Below are positions 18,177 to 26,977 of a DNA stretch of 64,000 nucleotides, piece by piece. A program made the position numbers and the translations under genes. The stretch is from contig JBAYJV010000002.1 of NCBI GenBank assembly GCA_041664925.1, positions 200,302 to 264,301 on the forward strand. Reading direction: 5' to 3'. The stretch is from Minisyncoccota bacterium (GTDB taxonomy: Bacteria; Patescibacteriota; Minisyncoccia; JBAYJV01). The first letter of the stretch is position 1. Every line of letters begins with the position of its first letter. The notes beneath the pieces were generated by a model that saw nothing but the letters and a program-made list of their open reading frames with translations, did no database searches and was not told where the DNA came from.

Positions 18177-19799
18177 TTAAACTTTTAACTTTAAATTTTT
18201 AGTCATATATGTTCCTTCCAGTTTATATCCCAACTTTTTATAATATTCTCTCACTCCAATTCCCGAAATTACTGCAATTTTTTTAGCACCAAATTCTTCT
18301 TTTGAAATCCTTTCCGCTTCAATCATAAGTTTCTTGCCAAGTCCTTTGTGCTGAGAGGCTTGTTTTGTTTTATTATTAAGGGCAACAACATTGCCATGGG
18401 TATGAAGCTCTCTGATAATTGTGGCACCGGTTAATTCTTCTATAAAATGTTTTTTGGATTGTAAGAATTGAGAAGGAATCCGTAGGCGAAGTAGGGCATA
18501 GAGGTGTTTTCTTTTTTTATCTTCAAAACTTAAGAAGATCTCTTTACCGCTAGAAGCATCATATTCTCGTCTAACCAATTCAATATTTTTATCATAAATT
18601 TCTTCACGGATTTCACGGCAACGAATACATTGGCAAGAAATGGATTGTCTTTTCATTTCCCTGGCAATATCTTGCCTCAAGTTTGAAACCTCAGATCCAG
18701 CGACAATGTCCTGAAGCGGAATATCGCGAATCACTCTGGTAATCCGAACGTAAGGAGGAATAATTTTTTTAATCCTGATAATTAAATCGATTAATTTTTT
18801 GCTAGTATATGGTTTATATTTACCAGCTTTCCATAATTTATATAAAGGCGCAGTTTTTAAAACCGATGTCGGATAGATTTTAAGCCAATCTGGTTGAAAT
18901 CTTTCATTAAAAAATAATATTTTAAACATCTGTTCATCTTTTTTCGTGCTTGATCCCGGCAAATCTAGCATTATATGATAGTTAACTTTAAATCCTGAAT
19001 CTTTTAAAAGCTTAGTCGCATCAATAATTTCCTCGATGCCATGTCCTCGTTTATTATATTTCAAAACATCATCGTAAACTGACTCAACTCCCAGTTCAAC
19101 TCTCGTTACGCCTAAACGACGCAATCTCATAATCTCTTTTTCATTTATATAGTCTGGCCTGGTCTCAATCGTTAAACCGACAATTCTGTGCTTTGCTGTT
19201 TCATTAATCTTCTGAACTGTTTTTAAATTTTGAATTTTTAACTTTAATTTTTCATTTTTCACTTTAAACTTTTCATTTGTTCCGTTCGCTCCCTCAAAGC
19301 ACCTTTTAATGAAATAGTTTTGGTAATTTTTTGTATAATACGACCATGTTCCGCCTAAAATAATTAATTCAATTTTATCGGCATTATGGCCTTGTGCCTC
19401 CAAGCTTTCAATGCGACGCTTTACCTGTAAATACGGATCAAATTTAAGCGTAAGTGCTCTGGCTGCAGCTGGTTCATTTTTTAAATAACTTTTCGGCATG
19501 CCAATTTCTTTCGGACAAAAAATGCATTTTCCCGGACATTCGTAGGGCTTGGTCAAAACTGTCACCGAAACAATGCCTGATAAACTTCTGATGGGGGCAG
19601 CGCGTAAAAGTTTCTCAAAATATTTATCAAGCGAATCTGTCCTTTTTTTATAATTTTCTCGGTAATATTTAAGAATGCTTGAATTTTTGGGAAAATCGTT
19701 ATTTTTAAATTTTAAAACCGCCTCGCGCTTTAATTCAAAAACCTGCCTAGTTGTCGTAGGTTTTAATTTTATGATTTGTTTGGTAAGATAAGAAAGCAC
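18177..19799 (-). CDS. Elp3-like radical SAM / GNAT acetyltransferase (putative tRNA modification enzyme)
   Basis: Radical-SAM Cys motif YECPGKCIFCP. C-terminal GNAT acetyl-CoA motif QHKGLGKKLM. Length of 540 aa typical of Elp3. Confidence 0.65.
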   Translation of the reverse strand: MLSYLTKQIIKLKPTTTRQVFELKREAVLKFKNNDFPKNSSILKYYRENYKKRTDSLDKYFEKLLRAAPIRSLSGIVSVTVLTKPYECPGKCIFCPKEIGMPKSYLKNEPAAARALTLKFDPYLQVKRRIESLEAQGHNADKIELIILGGTWSYYTKNYQNYFIKRCFEGANGTNEKFKVKNEKLKLKIQNLKTVQKINETAKHRIVGLTIETRPDYINEKEIMRLRRLGVTRVELGVESVYDDVLKYNKRGHGIEEIIDATKLLKDSGFKVNYHIMLDLPGSSTKKDEQMFKILFFNERFQPDWLKIYPTSVLKTAPLYKLWKAGKYKPYTSKKLIDLIIRIKKIIPPYVRITRVIRDIPLQDIVAGSEVSNLRQDIAREMKRQSISCQCIRCREIREEIYDKNIELVRREYDASSGKEIFLSFEDKKRKHLYALLRLRIPSQFLQSKKHFIEELTGATIIRELHTHGNVVALNNKTKQASQHKGLGKKLMIEAERISKEEFGAKKIAVISGIGVREYYKKLGYKLEGTYMTKNLKLKV

Positions 19800-19803
19800 T
19801 ATA

Positions 19804-19929
19804 ATAAATCCGAAGCACGAAATTAGAAATACGAAACAAATTCAAATGTTTAAAATCCTAAATTAAAAATTGTTTTAAATTTTTAAAATTAGAATTTAGA
19901 TATTGTTTCGAATTTCGATATTCGAATTT
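19804..19929. mobile_element. MITE-like element, family 1 copy A
   Basis: Terminal inverted repeats ATAAATCCGAAGCACGAAATTAGAAATACGAAACAA / TTGTTTCGAATTTCGATATTCGAATTT with an AT-rich core. Confidence 0.5.
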
Positions 19930-19937
19930 TTCAAGAA

Positions 19938-20609
19938 ATGAATATAGAAACTGCAAAAAATATTTTAAACGATAACAAAAATACTTGGAACAATATTGCC
20001 GAGAAATTTGAATTGACCCGCCATCGTGTTTGGGATTTGGAACCTTTGGCAGATTATGCAAAATCCGGTATGAAAACTTTGGACTTAGGTTGCGGCAATG
20101 GCCGGCTTTATGAAATCCTTAAAAATAAAGAAATTGAATATACTGGTGTTGATATTTCAGAAAATCTAATTAATATTGCTAGGGCAAAATATCCAAAAAT
20201 TGAATTTTTAGTTGGTGATGGAATAGAATTGCCGTTCAGAGATTATTCATTTGATATTGTTTATTCAGTCGCTGTTTTTCATCATCTTCCGTCCAAAACA
20301 CTGAGAGTTCAATTTTTAAAAGAGGTAAAACGAGTTTTAAAAAAAGACGGTAAAATAATTTTGATTGTCTGGAATCTCTGGCAAAGAAAATATTTTAAAT
20401 TACTTGTCAAATCTAGTTTATTAAAAGTTTTACACAAAAGCAAGCTTGACTGGGGCGATTTATATATCCCATGGCAAAACCAATACCAAAGATATCACCA
20501 TGCCTTCACAAAAAAAGAATTAAAAAAACTTTTTATTAAAGCAGGACTTAGCATCGAAAAATCCAAATCTCAAAAAAGAAATATATTAATTATTGGAAAA
20601 AATATATAA
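19938..20609 (+). CDS. Class I SAM-dependent methyltransferase
   Basis: Motif I LDLGCGNGRL, motif II-like VDIS, DIVYS. Confidence 0.8.
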   Translation: MNIETAKNILNDNKNTWNNIAEKFELTRHRVWDLEPLADYAKSGMKTLDLGCGNGRLYEILKNKEIEYTGVDISENLINIARAKYPKIEFLVGDGIELPFRDYSFDIVYSVAVFHHLPSKTLRVQFLKEVKRVLKKDGKIILIVWNLWQRKYFKLLVKSSLLKVLHKSKLDWGDLYIPWQNQYQRYHHAFTKKELKKLFIKAGLSIEKSKSQKRNILIIGKNI

Positions 20610-20648
20610 GCTATTGACAAAAGGTAAAAAAATAATATAATAGATACT

Positions 20649-20801
20649 AGAGACTGAGGATGGCTTGAGACGTCAAACCAACAATCCTCATTTCTATTGC
20701 ATTATCTAGTCGCGGTTCTCTTTGCGGAGAGAATCATTGGCAAAAGGACGCTTTTGTCGGATTAACAACGGCAGCGAGTGCGCTCGCTGCCTTTTCTTTT
20801 T
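20649..20801 (+). ncRNA. Candidate small structured RNA, unknown family
   Basis: Promoter TTGACA(20614)-N16-TATAAT(20636-20641), GC-rich multi-hairpin body, intrinsic terminator GGCAGCGAGTGCGCTCGCTGCC+T-run (20770-20801). No credible ORF. Confidence 0.4.
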
Positions 20802-20877
20802 CAAAAAAAACGATCTCAAAAGACTGTTAAATCATAATAGGTATTGACAAAAAATTATTATATGCTATAGTGGATAT

Positions 20878-21178
20878 TGGAGGCTGGAGGAAGGACTTAA
20901 GACGTTGAGTCAGCGGTCTTCCTCCCTGCCTTTTCAAGAAAGATGTTCTCTTGTGAGAGTACACAGCGGTTTGTTGGACTGCTAGTGTGGCTACGGGTAG
21001 TTTGTGGTATCGGCTGCACGATAATAGGCCTTGCAGTCTGGCAGTACTGCGTAGTTTAGGTGCTCTCTGTCGAGAGAACAGAGAAACTGGCACAGAGCCA
21101 GTTCGCGTGTCCTGCAGGGGGCATACCTCTGCTGATGACTGCAGGGGGGTTGACGTCGAGTCAGCCCCTCTTTTTTTA
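20878..21178 (+). ncRNA. Candidate structured RNA of about 300 nt, unknown family
   Basis: Promoter TTGACA(20844)-N16-TATAGT; about 55% GC with many hairpins; terminator 21144-21177. Overlapping ORFs on both strands look spurious. Confidence 0.4.
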
Positions 21179-21217
21179 ATTTCGTCGCTGAATATAGTGA
21201 AGCGAAACGAAATTAAA

Positions 21218-21264
21218 ACCCGCTGAAGCCCTGCCTGCGGCAGGCAGGTTACGCGTAGGCGGGT
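21218..21264. repeat. REP-like palindromic element, copy b
   Basis: ACCCGCTGAAGCCCTGCCTGCGGCAGGCAGGTTACGCGTAGGCGGGT. Confidence 0.55.
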
Positions 21265-21485
21265 ATTTTTGTTTTTTTTAAACCGTAAAGATTATTCTAA
21301 GTTTTTCCTACAAAACCTTACGAAGTCGGACTTCGTAATCATTGACAAAAATGCAGAACATAGTAGGATTATAGAGTTCTTTGATAAAATAAAAAGTAGT
21401 CCCGCACCAGAGCACAGCACGGTGCGGGATTTAAGGGTTTGCAAGACTCGTAAACTCGTCAACAACCCCTAAAGGAGGACATAAA

Positions 21486-22034
21486 ATGCTCGGACGGATT
21501 GTAAAGTTTCCCGATGACTTTGAAATCTTGCCAAAATTTAAGAACGGGAATCTTCCAAGATTAATCGCAAGTTCTCTTCCTTATTATGTTCGTTTATTGG
21601 CAAGAATTTTTCCTGAAGAATGGCGATATCAAAAAATTGAAGTTGACGGACATGTCTTCCATTTAGCTTTCGATACTAAGTGGGAAATTCATTCCGAACC
21701 AGAACATTCGCCGTCTGCTGAATCAATGGCTGAATATCATGCCAGAGTTGATGGTGTTCCTGGTTTCTTGCTAGGATCGTTAGGTTGCAACAGCCATACA
21801 TCGAATCATTGGCACAAACTTGGAGGAGAGCATTACTTTCTTATTGCTGGCAAAGGCGAAGTTTGTTGCGTAAACCGTCCTCAGAAACTTACTGTTCCTG
21901 GAAGAAGCCAGGCTTATGTCGGCACCGCAGGAGGACCTAAAGGATTTCATCCAGTTCTTACAACTGATCAGTCACTCTTGGTTGTCATTCTAATGGAGCA
22001 AGGTCTTGATCGAAGTGATCATCATTATTTATAG
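21486..22034 (+). CDS. Hypothetical protein (possible cupin-like fold)
   Basis: SD AAGGAGG; GEHYFLIAGKGEV resembles a cupin beta-strand motif. Confidence 0.4.
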   Translation: MLGRIVKFPDDFEILPKFKNGNLPRLIASSLPYYVRLLARIFPEEWRYQKIEVDGHVFHLAFDTKWEIHSEPEHSPSAESMAEYHARVDGVPGFLLGSLGCNSHTSNHWHKLGGEHYFLIAGKGEVCCVNRPQKLTVPGRSQAYVGTAGGPKGFHPVLTTDQSLLVVILMEQGLDRSDHHYL

Positions 22035-22103
22035 AACTATTGACACAGGAAAAAGAAATGATAGTCTGTGATTAGTTCTGGTTAAAAGTCTAAGGAGGGC
22101 TAT

Positions 22104-22367
22104 ATGTCGAAACTAGTACTCGTAAAAGTTGTGGATCTCACTTCTCAAAAAGGACATTCGTTCACAAGACAATACCTTGCTGAAATATCCGACGGTAAAA
22201 GCTTAGTAGAATTACGAGAGCAAATTCAAACTGCCCTAGAAGATGAACTTCCTGGTAAAAATATTTACGTTGAGATATGGTGCTCAGATCGCATTTCTGA
22301 GGCTATTGATAAAATTGATGGCATTAAGGTCTCTCAAGAAATCGAAATCACTATTGAAGATAGATAA
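22104..22367 (+). CDS. Hypothetical small protein
   Basis: SD AAGGAGGG; promoter TTGACA at 22040; terminator 22375-22401. Confidence 0.4.
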   Translation: MSKLVLVKVVDLTSQKGHSFTRQYLAEISDGKSLVELREQIQTALEDELPGKNIYVEIWCSDRISEAIDKIDGIKVSQEIEITIEDR

Positions 22368-22526
22368 GTTAATAAGGCGCCCGCAAGGCGCCTCTTTTTT
22401 CTTGATTTAAAACTTTCATAATGTAAACTTAAAGAATAAAATCAGAAATAAAAAACGATAGAATATCTAAAATTTTTAATTTTACATTGTAATTTTTCAC
22501 TTTTCATTTTGAACTTTTAACTTTAC

Positions 22527-24056
22527 ATGGAATATAGTAATGTCTTTTTAAATTCCGAAGTCCATCCCAATAAATCAAAGCGTGTTAAATTGATTGAAAC
22601 TCATATTTCGAAGGTTTATTTGACGGATAAGTTTGTTTATAAAACTAAAAAACCAGTAGATTTTGGTTTTTGCAATTTTAGAGCACTTAAAAAAAGAAAA
22701 TTTTATTGTGAAGAAGAAATCCGGTTGAACAAAAGATTATGTCCAGAATTATATTTAGGAATTGTTCCTTTATACGAAATACAAGGCACGAAATACGAAA
22801 TAATCGATTATGCCGTAAAAATGAAACGGCTTCCAGAAAAAAATCTTCTCGCAAATTCCTTAAATATTTTAAACGAAAATCGCGTTAAAAAGTTAGCACA
22901 AATTATTGCAAAATTTCACAAAAATAATATTGAAGCGCCTTTTAATATTAAAGTTAATTCTTTTAAAAATGTCAAGCGCAACTGGCAAGAAAATTTTGAG
23001 CAGACAAAGTTATTTATTAATTCAACAATTAATCAGAAACAATTTGATTTCATTAGAAAAAGAGTTGAAAGTTTTATATTAAACAAAAAAGACCTCTTTC
23101 AAAAAAGAATTGCTAATCACAAAATCCGCGAAGGGCACGGAGATCTTCATACTGGCAATATCTTTTTTTACAAAAATAATTTCTATATTTTTGATGCTAT
23201 CGAATTTAATGAAAGGTTTCGTTTTGAAGATATAACCTCAGATCTTGCCTTCATTTTAATGGATTTGGAATTCCATAATTATTCGGATTTGAGCAGAATT
23301 ATTTTGAACAAATATTTATCCTTAACAAAAGACAAAGAATTGCTCTTGTTGATCAATTTTTATAAATGCTATCGTGCTTATGTTAGAGGAAAAATTTTAA
23401 GTTTTCAGACTAAAAACCAAAATCTTTCTTTAAATCAAAGAAAAAAAATTAAAATCACTGCGAAAAAATATTTTGCCTTGGCGCACGACTACGCAACTCA
23501 AGTTTTCCCCAAACCAATATTTTTAATTATGTGCGGCTTCACCGGATCCGGAAAAACCCATCTTTCCCAATTATTAAATCAAAGACTTGGCTTAAAGATG
23601 ATTCAGTCTGATGTTGTATTAAAAAAATCAGTCGGACTTGAGCCTCAAACCCGCAAATATCTAAAATTTGAACAGGGAATTTTCAGTCAAAAATCAAGAG
23701 ATAAAAATTATCTCCGCATGGTAAATTTGGCTGAAAAAAATCTCAAACAAAATCAGGGTGTTGTTTTAGATGCCAGTTTTATTTATAGGCGTTGGCGCAA
23801 TTTGGCAGAAATGATGGCAGAAAACCTTAATATTCCTTACTTAATTGTTCACTGCCAAGTACCGAAAAATATTATTTCAGAAAGATTAAAAACTCGCGCA
23901 AAAAATGATCTTGTGTCTGATGGAAGGCCTTATATTTATGAAAACCAAAAAAAGGTTTTTGAAAATTTTACTAAAAAAGAAAAAGTGCTTAGAATAGATA
24001 CTACAGAAAATTTCGATAAAATTCTTAGAAAAATTTTAACAGTTATAAAAATTTAA
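22527..24056 (+). CDS. Bifunctional protein: aminoglycoside-phosphotransferase-like kinase domain fused to P-loop NTPase
   Basis: N-terminal APH/protein-kinase-like region (HGDLHTGNIFF, D-I-E). C-terminal Walker A CGFTGSGKTHLS. Confidence 0.6.
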   Translation: MEYSNVFLNSEVHPNKSKRVKLIETHISKVYLTDKFVYKTKKPVDFGFCNFRALKKRKFYCEEEIRLNKRLCPELYLGIVPLYEIQGTKYEIIDYAVKMKRLPEKNLLANSLNILNENRVKKLAQIIAKFHKNNIEAPFNIKVNSFKNVKRNWQENFEQTKLFINSTINQKQFDFIRKRVESFILNKKDLFQKRIANHKIREGHGDLHTGNIFFYKNNFYIFDAIEFNERFRFEDITSDLAFILMDLEFHNYSDLSRIILNKYLSLTKDKELLLLINFYKCYRAYVRGKILSFQTKNQNLSLNQRKKIKITAKKYFALAHDYATQVFPKPIFLIMCGFTGSGKTHLSQLLNQRLGLKMIQSDVVLKKSVGLEPQTRKYLKFEQGIFSQKSRDKNYLRMVNLAEKNLKQNQGVVLDASFIYRRWRNLAEMMAENLNIPYLIVHCQVPKNIISERLKTRAKNDLVSDGRPYIYENQKKVFENFTKKEKVLRIDTTENFDKILRKILTVIKI

Positions 24057-24073
24057 TTTATTAGTATAAACCT

Positions 24074-25330
24074 ATGCAAAAATATATTGTCAAAGATATA
24101 AAACTAGCAAGTCAGGGTGAAAAAAATGCTCTTTGGGCAAAAAGTCAAATGCAAGCGCTTATGGCAGTTAAAAAACGTTTTGAAAAAGAAAAACCTTTCA
24201 AAAACATAAGCATTGGAATGGCGCTCCATATTACCAAGGAAACCGCTATGCTTGTTGAAACTCTGATCGCTGGTGGCGCAAAAGTCGCTATTGCATCTTG
24301 TAATCCATTAAGTACTCAAGATGATATTGCTGCCTATTTAGCAAAAAAAGGCGTAGCCGTTTTTGGTTATAAAGGCGAAACAACCAAAGAATATTATACC
24401 TATATTGAAAATGTCATAAAAACTACGCCTGATTTAACTATTGATGATGGTTGCGACTTGGTGTCAATAATTCATTCAGAACATAAAGCATTGCTCAAAA
24501 ATATTATCGGTGGCACAGAAGAGACAACAACTGGCGTTATCCGTCTTCGCGCCATGGAAAAAGATCAGGCGCTTAAATATCCGGTAATTGCAGTTAATGA
24601 TAATTTAACAAAACATTTGTTTGATAATTATTATGGAACAGGCCAGTCAACCTTTGATGGAATTTTGCGTGCATCCAATATTTTATTTGCTGGAAAAATT
24701 GTTGTCGTTGTGGGTTACGGCGATTGCGGCAGAGGAGTGGCGCTTCGAGCAAAAGGATTAGGATCACAAGTCATTGTGACTGAAATTAATCCTTTGCGAG
24801 CGCTTCAAGCTCGTTTTGATGGTTATGAAGTTATGGCTTTTGAAGATGCCGCTAAAATCGGTGATGTCTTTATTACGGTTACCGGTAATAAACATGTTAT
24901 CCGCAAAGAGCATTTTCCTTTAATGAAAGATGGCGCTGTCCTGGCAAATTCTGGTCATTTTAATGTTGAAATTGATTTGGGGTCACTTCAGAAAATCGCT
25001 AAAAGTGTAAAAAGAATTAGACCGTCTTTGGAAGAATATACGCTTAAAAATAACAAAAAAATCTATGTTGCTGCTGAGGGACGATTAGTTAATCTCGCCG
25101 CCGCTGAAGGTCATCCTTCAACCGTAATGAGTTTATCTTTTTGTGGACAAGCGTTGGCTGCCGAATATTTAGTAAAAAATAAAGGCAAACTCAAAAGCCA
25201 AGTCTACGTTCTTCCAAAAGACATAGATCAAAAAATTGCCAAACTCCAACTAGATGTTATGGGAATTGAAATCGATAAACTGACGCCCGAACAAAAGAAA
25301 TATCTTAATGATTGGCAACAAGGAACTTGA
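24074..25330 (+). CDS. ahcY: Adenosylhomocysteinase
   Basis: Conserved SAHH core and NAD-binding VVVGYGDCGRGVA. Confidence 0.9.
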   Translation: MQKYIVKDIKLASQGEKNALWAKSQMQALMAVKKRFEKEKPFKNISIGMALHITKETAMLVETLIAGGAKVAIASCNPLSTQDDIAAYLAKKGVAVFGYKGETTKEYYTYIENVIKTTPDLTIDDGCDLVSIIHSEHKALLKNIIGGTEETTTGVIRLRAMEKDQALKYPVIAVNDNLTKHLFDNYYGTGQSTFDGILRASNILFAGKIVVVVGYGDCGRGVALRAKGLGSQVIVTEINPLRALQARFDGYEVMAFEDAAKIGDVFITVTGNKHVIRKEHFPLMKDGAVLANSGHFNVEIDLGSLQKIAKSVKRIRPSLEEYTLKNNKKIYVAAEGRLVNLAAAEGHPSTVMSLSFCGQALAAEYLVKNKGKLKSQVYVLPKDIDQKIAKLQLDVMGIEIDKLTPEQKKYLNDWQQGT

Positions 25331-25455
25331 TTAGAAACTCTTAATGAATTTTGTGAATTTAGAGTTTCTATCACCCCGCACCGTGCTTTGCTCTGGTGCG
25401 GGGTAAAAGCTTTGAATTTTGAATTTTGAATTTTAAACTTTAAATTTATCTTACA

Positions 25456-25806
25456 TTGCTTTTTAAAAAACCCAAAAACGACGATGCGACTGTTTGGACT
25501 ACTCATGTAATTGAAAAGATGATCTATTATGGTTTATCAGAAAATAAAGTTAGAAATGTTTTGTGGCGCCCAGCGCGGACCGAAGAGGGGATTGCTCCAG
25601 ATACAATTGCTGTCATGCAGCCATATGGCTCATCAAAAAAACCAAAAGAAATTTGGGTAATGTATCAAAACTTCACGCATCAAAACAAAAAAAAGCGCTG
25701 TATTATTAGCGCTTGGCGTTATCCAGCGGTCAGCCCCAAAGGAAAAGAAATTTATATTCCCAACGATGTTCAAGAACTTTTGGCAAAAATCAGACAAAAC
25801 TCTTGA
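25456..25806 (+). CDS. Hypothetical protein
   Basis: 116-aa ORF with no SD; the start is uncertain. Confidence 0.3.
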   Translation: MLFKKPKNDDATVWTTHVIEKMIYYGLSENKVRNVLWRPARTEEGIAPDTIAVMQPYGSSKKPKEIWVMYQNFTHQNKKKRCIISAWRYPAVSPKGKEIYIPNDVQELLAKIRQNS

Positions 25807-25836
25807 CAAATAATTAAAAAGGAGTATAATGGAATA

Positions 25837-26110
25837 AATATCTGATAATGTGATATGATAGAAGTATAGAGGGCAAAAGAGGTCTCAGTCCCGTTTTCCT
25901 TGGCAGACAATGCTTTTCGCAGTAAAAATGACGGGGTGGCAGCGGTACGTAACGCGCCTCTTGCATGGTCCAAAAGACCCGTTGTCTGTCTAGCTCTCTC
26001 AAGAAGAAAGCCACTCGTTGGGTCGTCAGCGAGCGTAGGTTAGTGGATAGGGAAAAAGTAAAGAAAGCCCGATTCCGCGAAGCCAGGTACGACAACCCTG
26101 GCTTTTTTTA
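25837..26110 (+). ncRNA. Candidate structured RNA of about 270 nt, unknown family
   Basis: Promoter TTGACA(25803)-N16-TATAAT(25825); GC-rich; terminator GCCAGG...CCTGGC+T7 (26082-26109); no ORF. Confidence 0.35.
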
Positions 26111-26154
26111 TTACTTGTGGTGAGCTTGCCTGTGGTGAGTTTATCGAATCCATC

Positions 26155-26177
26155 GCCTGCCTGCCGGTAGGCAGGAA
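26155..26177. repeat. REP-like core palindrome, copy c
   Basis: GCCTGCCTGCCGGTAGGCAGG. Confidence 0.4.
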
Positions 26178-26245
26178 CCATTGACAAAAAATAATTGTTT
26201 GATAGTATATAAGGGCTTATCCATAGTGAAAGAATAAGGAGGAAA

Positions 26246-26557
26246 ATGTCTGAAGTAACAGGGATAGTAGCCGTTCTTTTTGAGCGATTTGCTGGTAAGG
26301 GTTTTGCTCCACTGTTTAGCGTTACAATTGAAGCTCCTTTAGGAACTAATGCCTTTGGGATCAAGCAAAAGTTTGAAGCTGATCATTCTAAGTTCATTGG
26401 AATTATTTCACTTGACGCAGTTGATCAAAAGAAACTTAGAATCTTTTGCCTGATTGACGGTGTTGATTTGGTAGATGAAGCATGTGAAGCATTATTGGCA
26501 ACAATAAATTTTTTAAGAACCAATCCTCTGACAGATAAATATCCCGAAGAAGGATAA
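26246..26557 (+). CDS. Hypothetical protein
   Basis: SD AAGGAGG; promoter TTGACA at 26185; terminator 26566-26597. Confidence 0.45.
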   Translation: MSEVTGIVAVLFERFAGKGFAPLFSVTIEAPLGTNAFGIKQKFEADHSKFIGIISLDAVDQKKLRIFCLIDGVDLVDEACEALLATINFLRTNPLTDKYPEEG

Positions 26558-26635
26558 GAACAATTCCCCCGACAATAAAATTGTCGGGGATTTTTTCTAA
26601 TTTGACAACAATCTTAGAAGAGTTAAAATGATAGT

Positions 26636-26778
26636 GGCGAGGGGTGCGAGCCTCACGCCACGGAGCCTCAGTGTTCTGTGGCCGGCGAGAGTGGAGACTT
26701 GCCGGCCAGAATTGAATGTCCGATTAGAATCGGACTATAGAGGCGGCTAACTAAAAATTAGCCGCCGTTTTTTTTGTT
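26636..26778 (+). ncRNA. Candidate small RNA of about 140 nt
   Basis: Promoter TTGACA(26602)-N16-TAAAAT(26624); three hairpins; terminator GGCGGCTAACTAAAAATTAGCCGCC+T8. Only a 41-codon ORF with no SD. Confidence 0.35.
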
Positions 26779-26842
26779 GACATTTATTAATTTTTCTTTA
26801 AACTGAAAATGCATGAAAAGATATGAGTAAAGTTCTTTAAAA

Positions 26843-26900
26843 AATCCTTCGACTTCACTCAGGACAAATTCCTTCGACAAGAGCCCGCCTACGCTCTTCG
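26843..26900. repeat. Degenerate MITE family 2 core fragment
   Basis: ATCCTTCGACTTCACTCAGGACAAATTCCTTCGACAAG matches the family-2 core. Confidence 0.35.
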
Positions 26901-26977
26901 TAAACTTAGAGCTATGGCGGGGCGTAAGATTTTGTAAGTTTCGCTACGCTCACCAACAAATTCTAACGGAGGCAAAG

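Noticed and set aside
20827-21226. ORFs 20827-21093(-) and 20987-21226(+)
   Set aside because: They overlap a promoter/terminator-bounded GC-rich transcript, have no SD and are of low-complexity R/S/C composition; treated as a non-coding RNA region.
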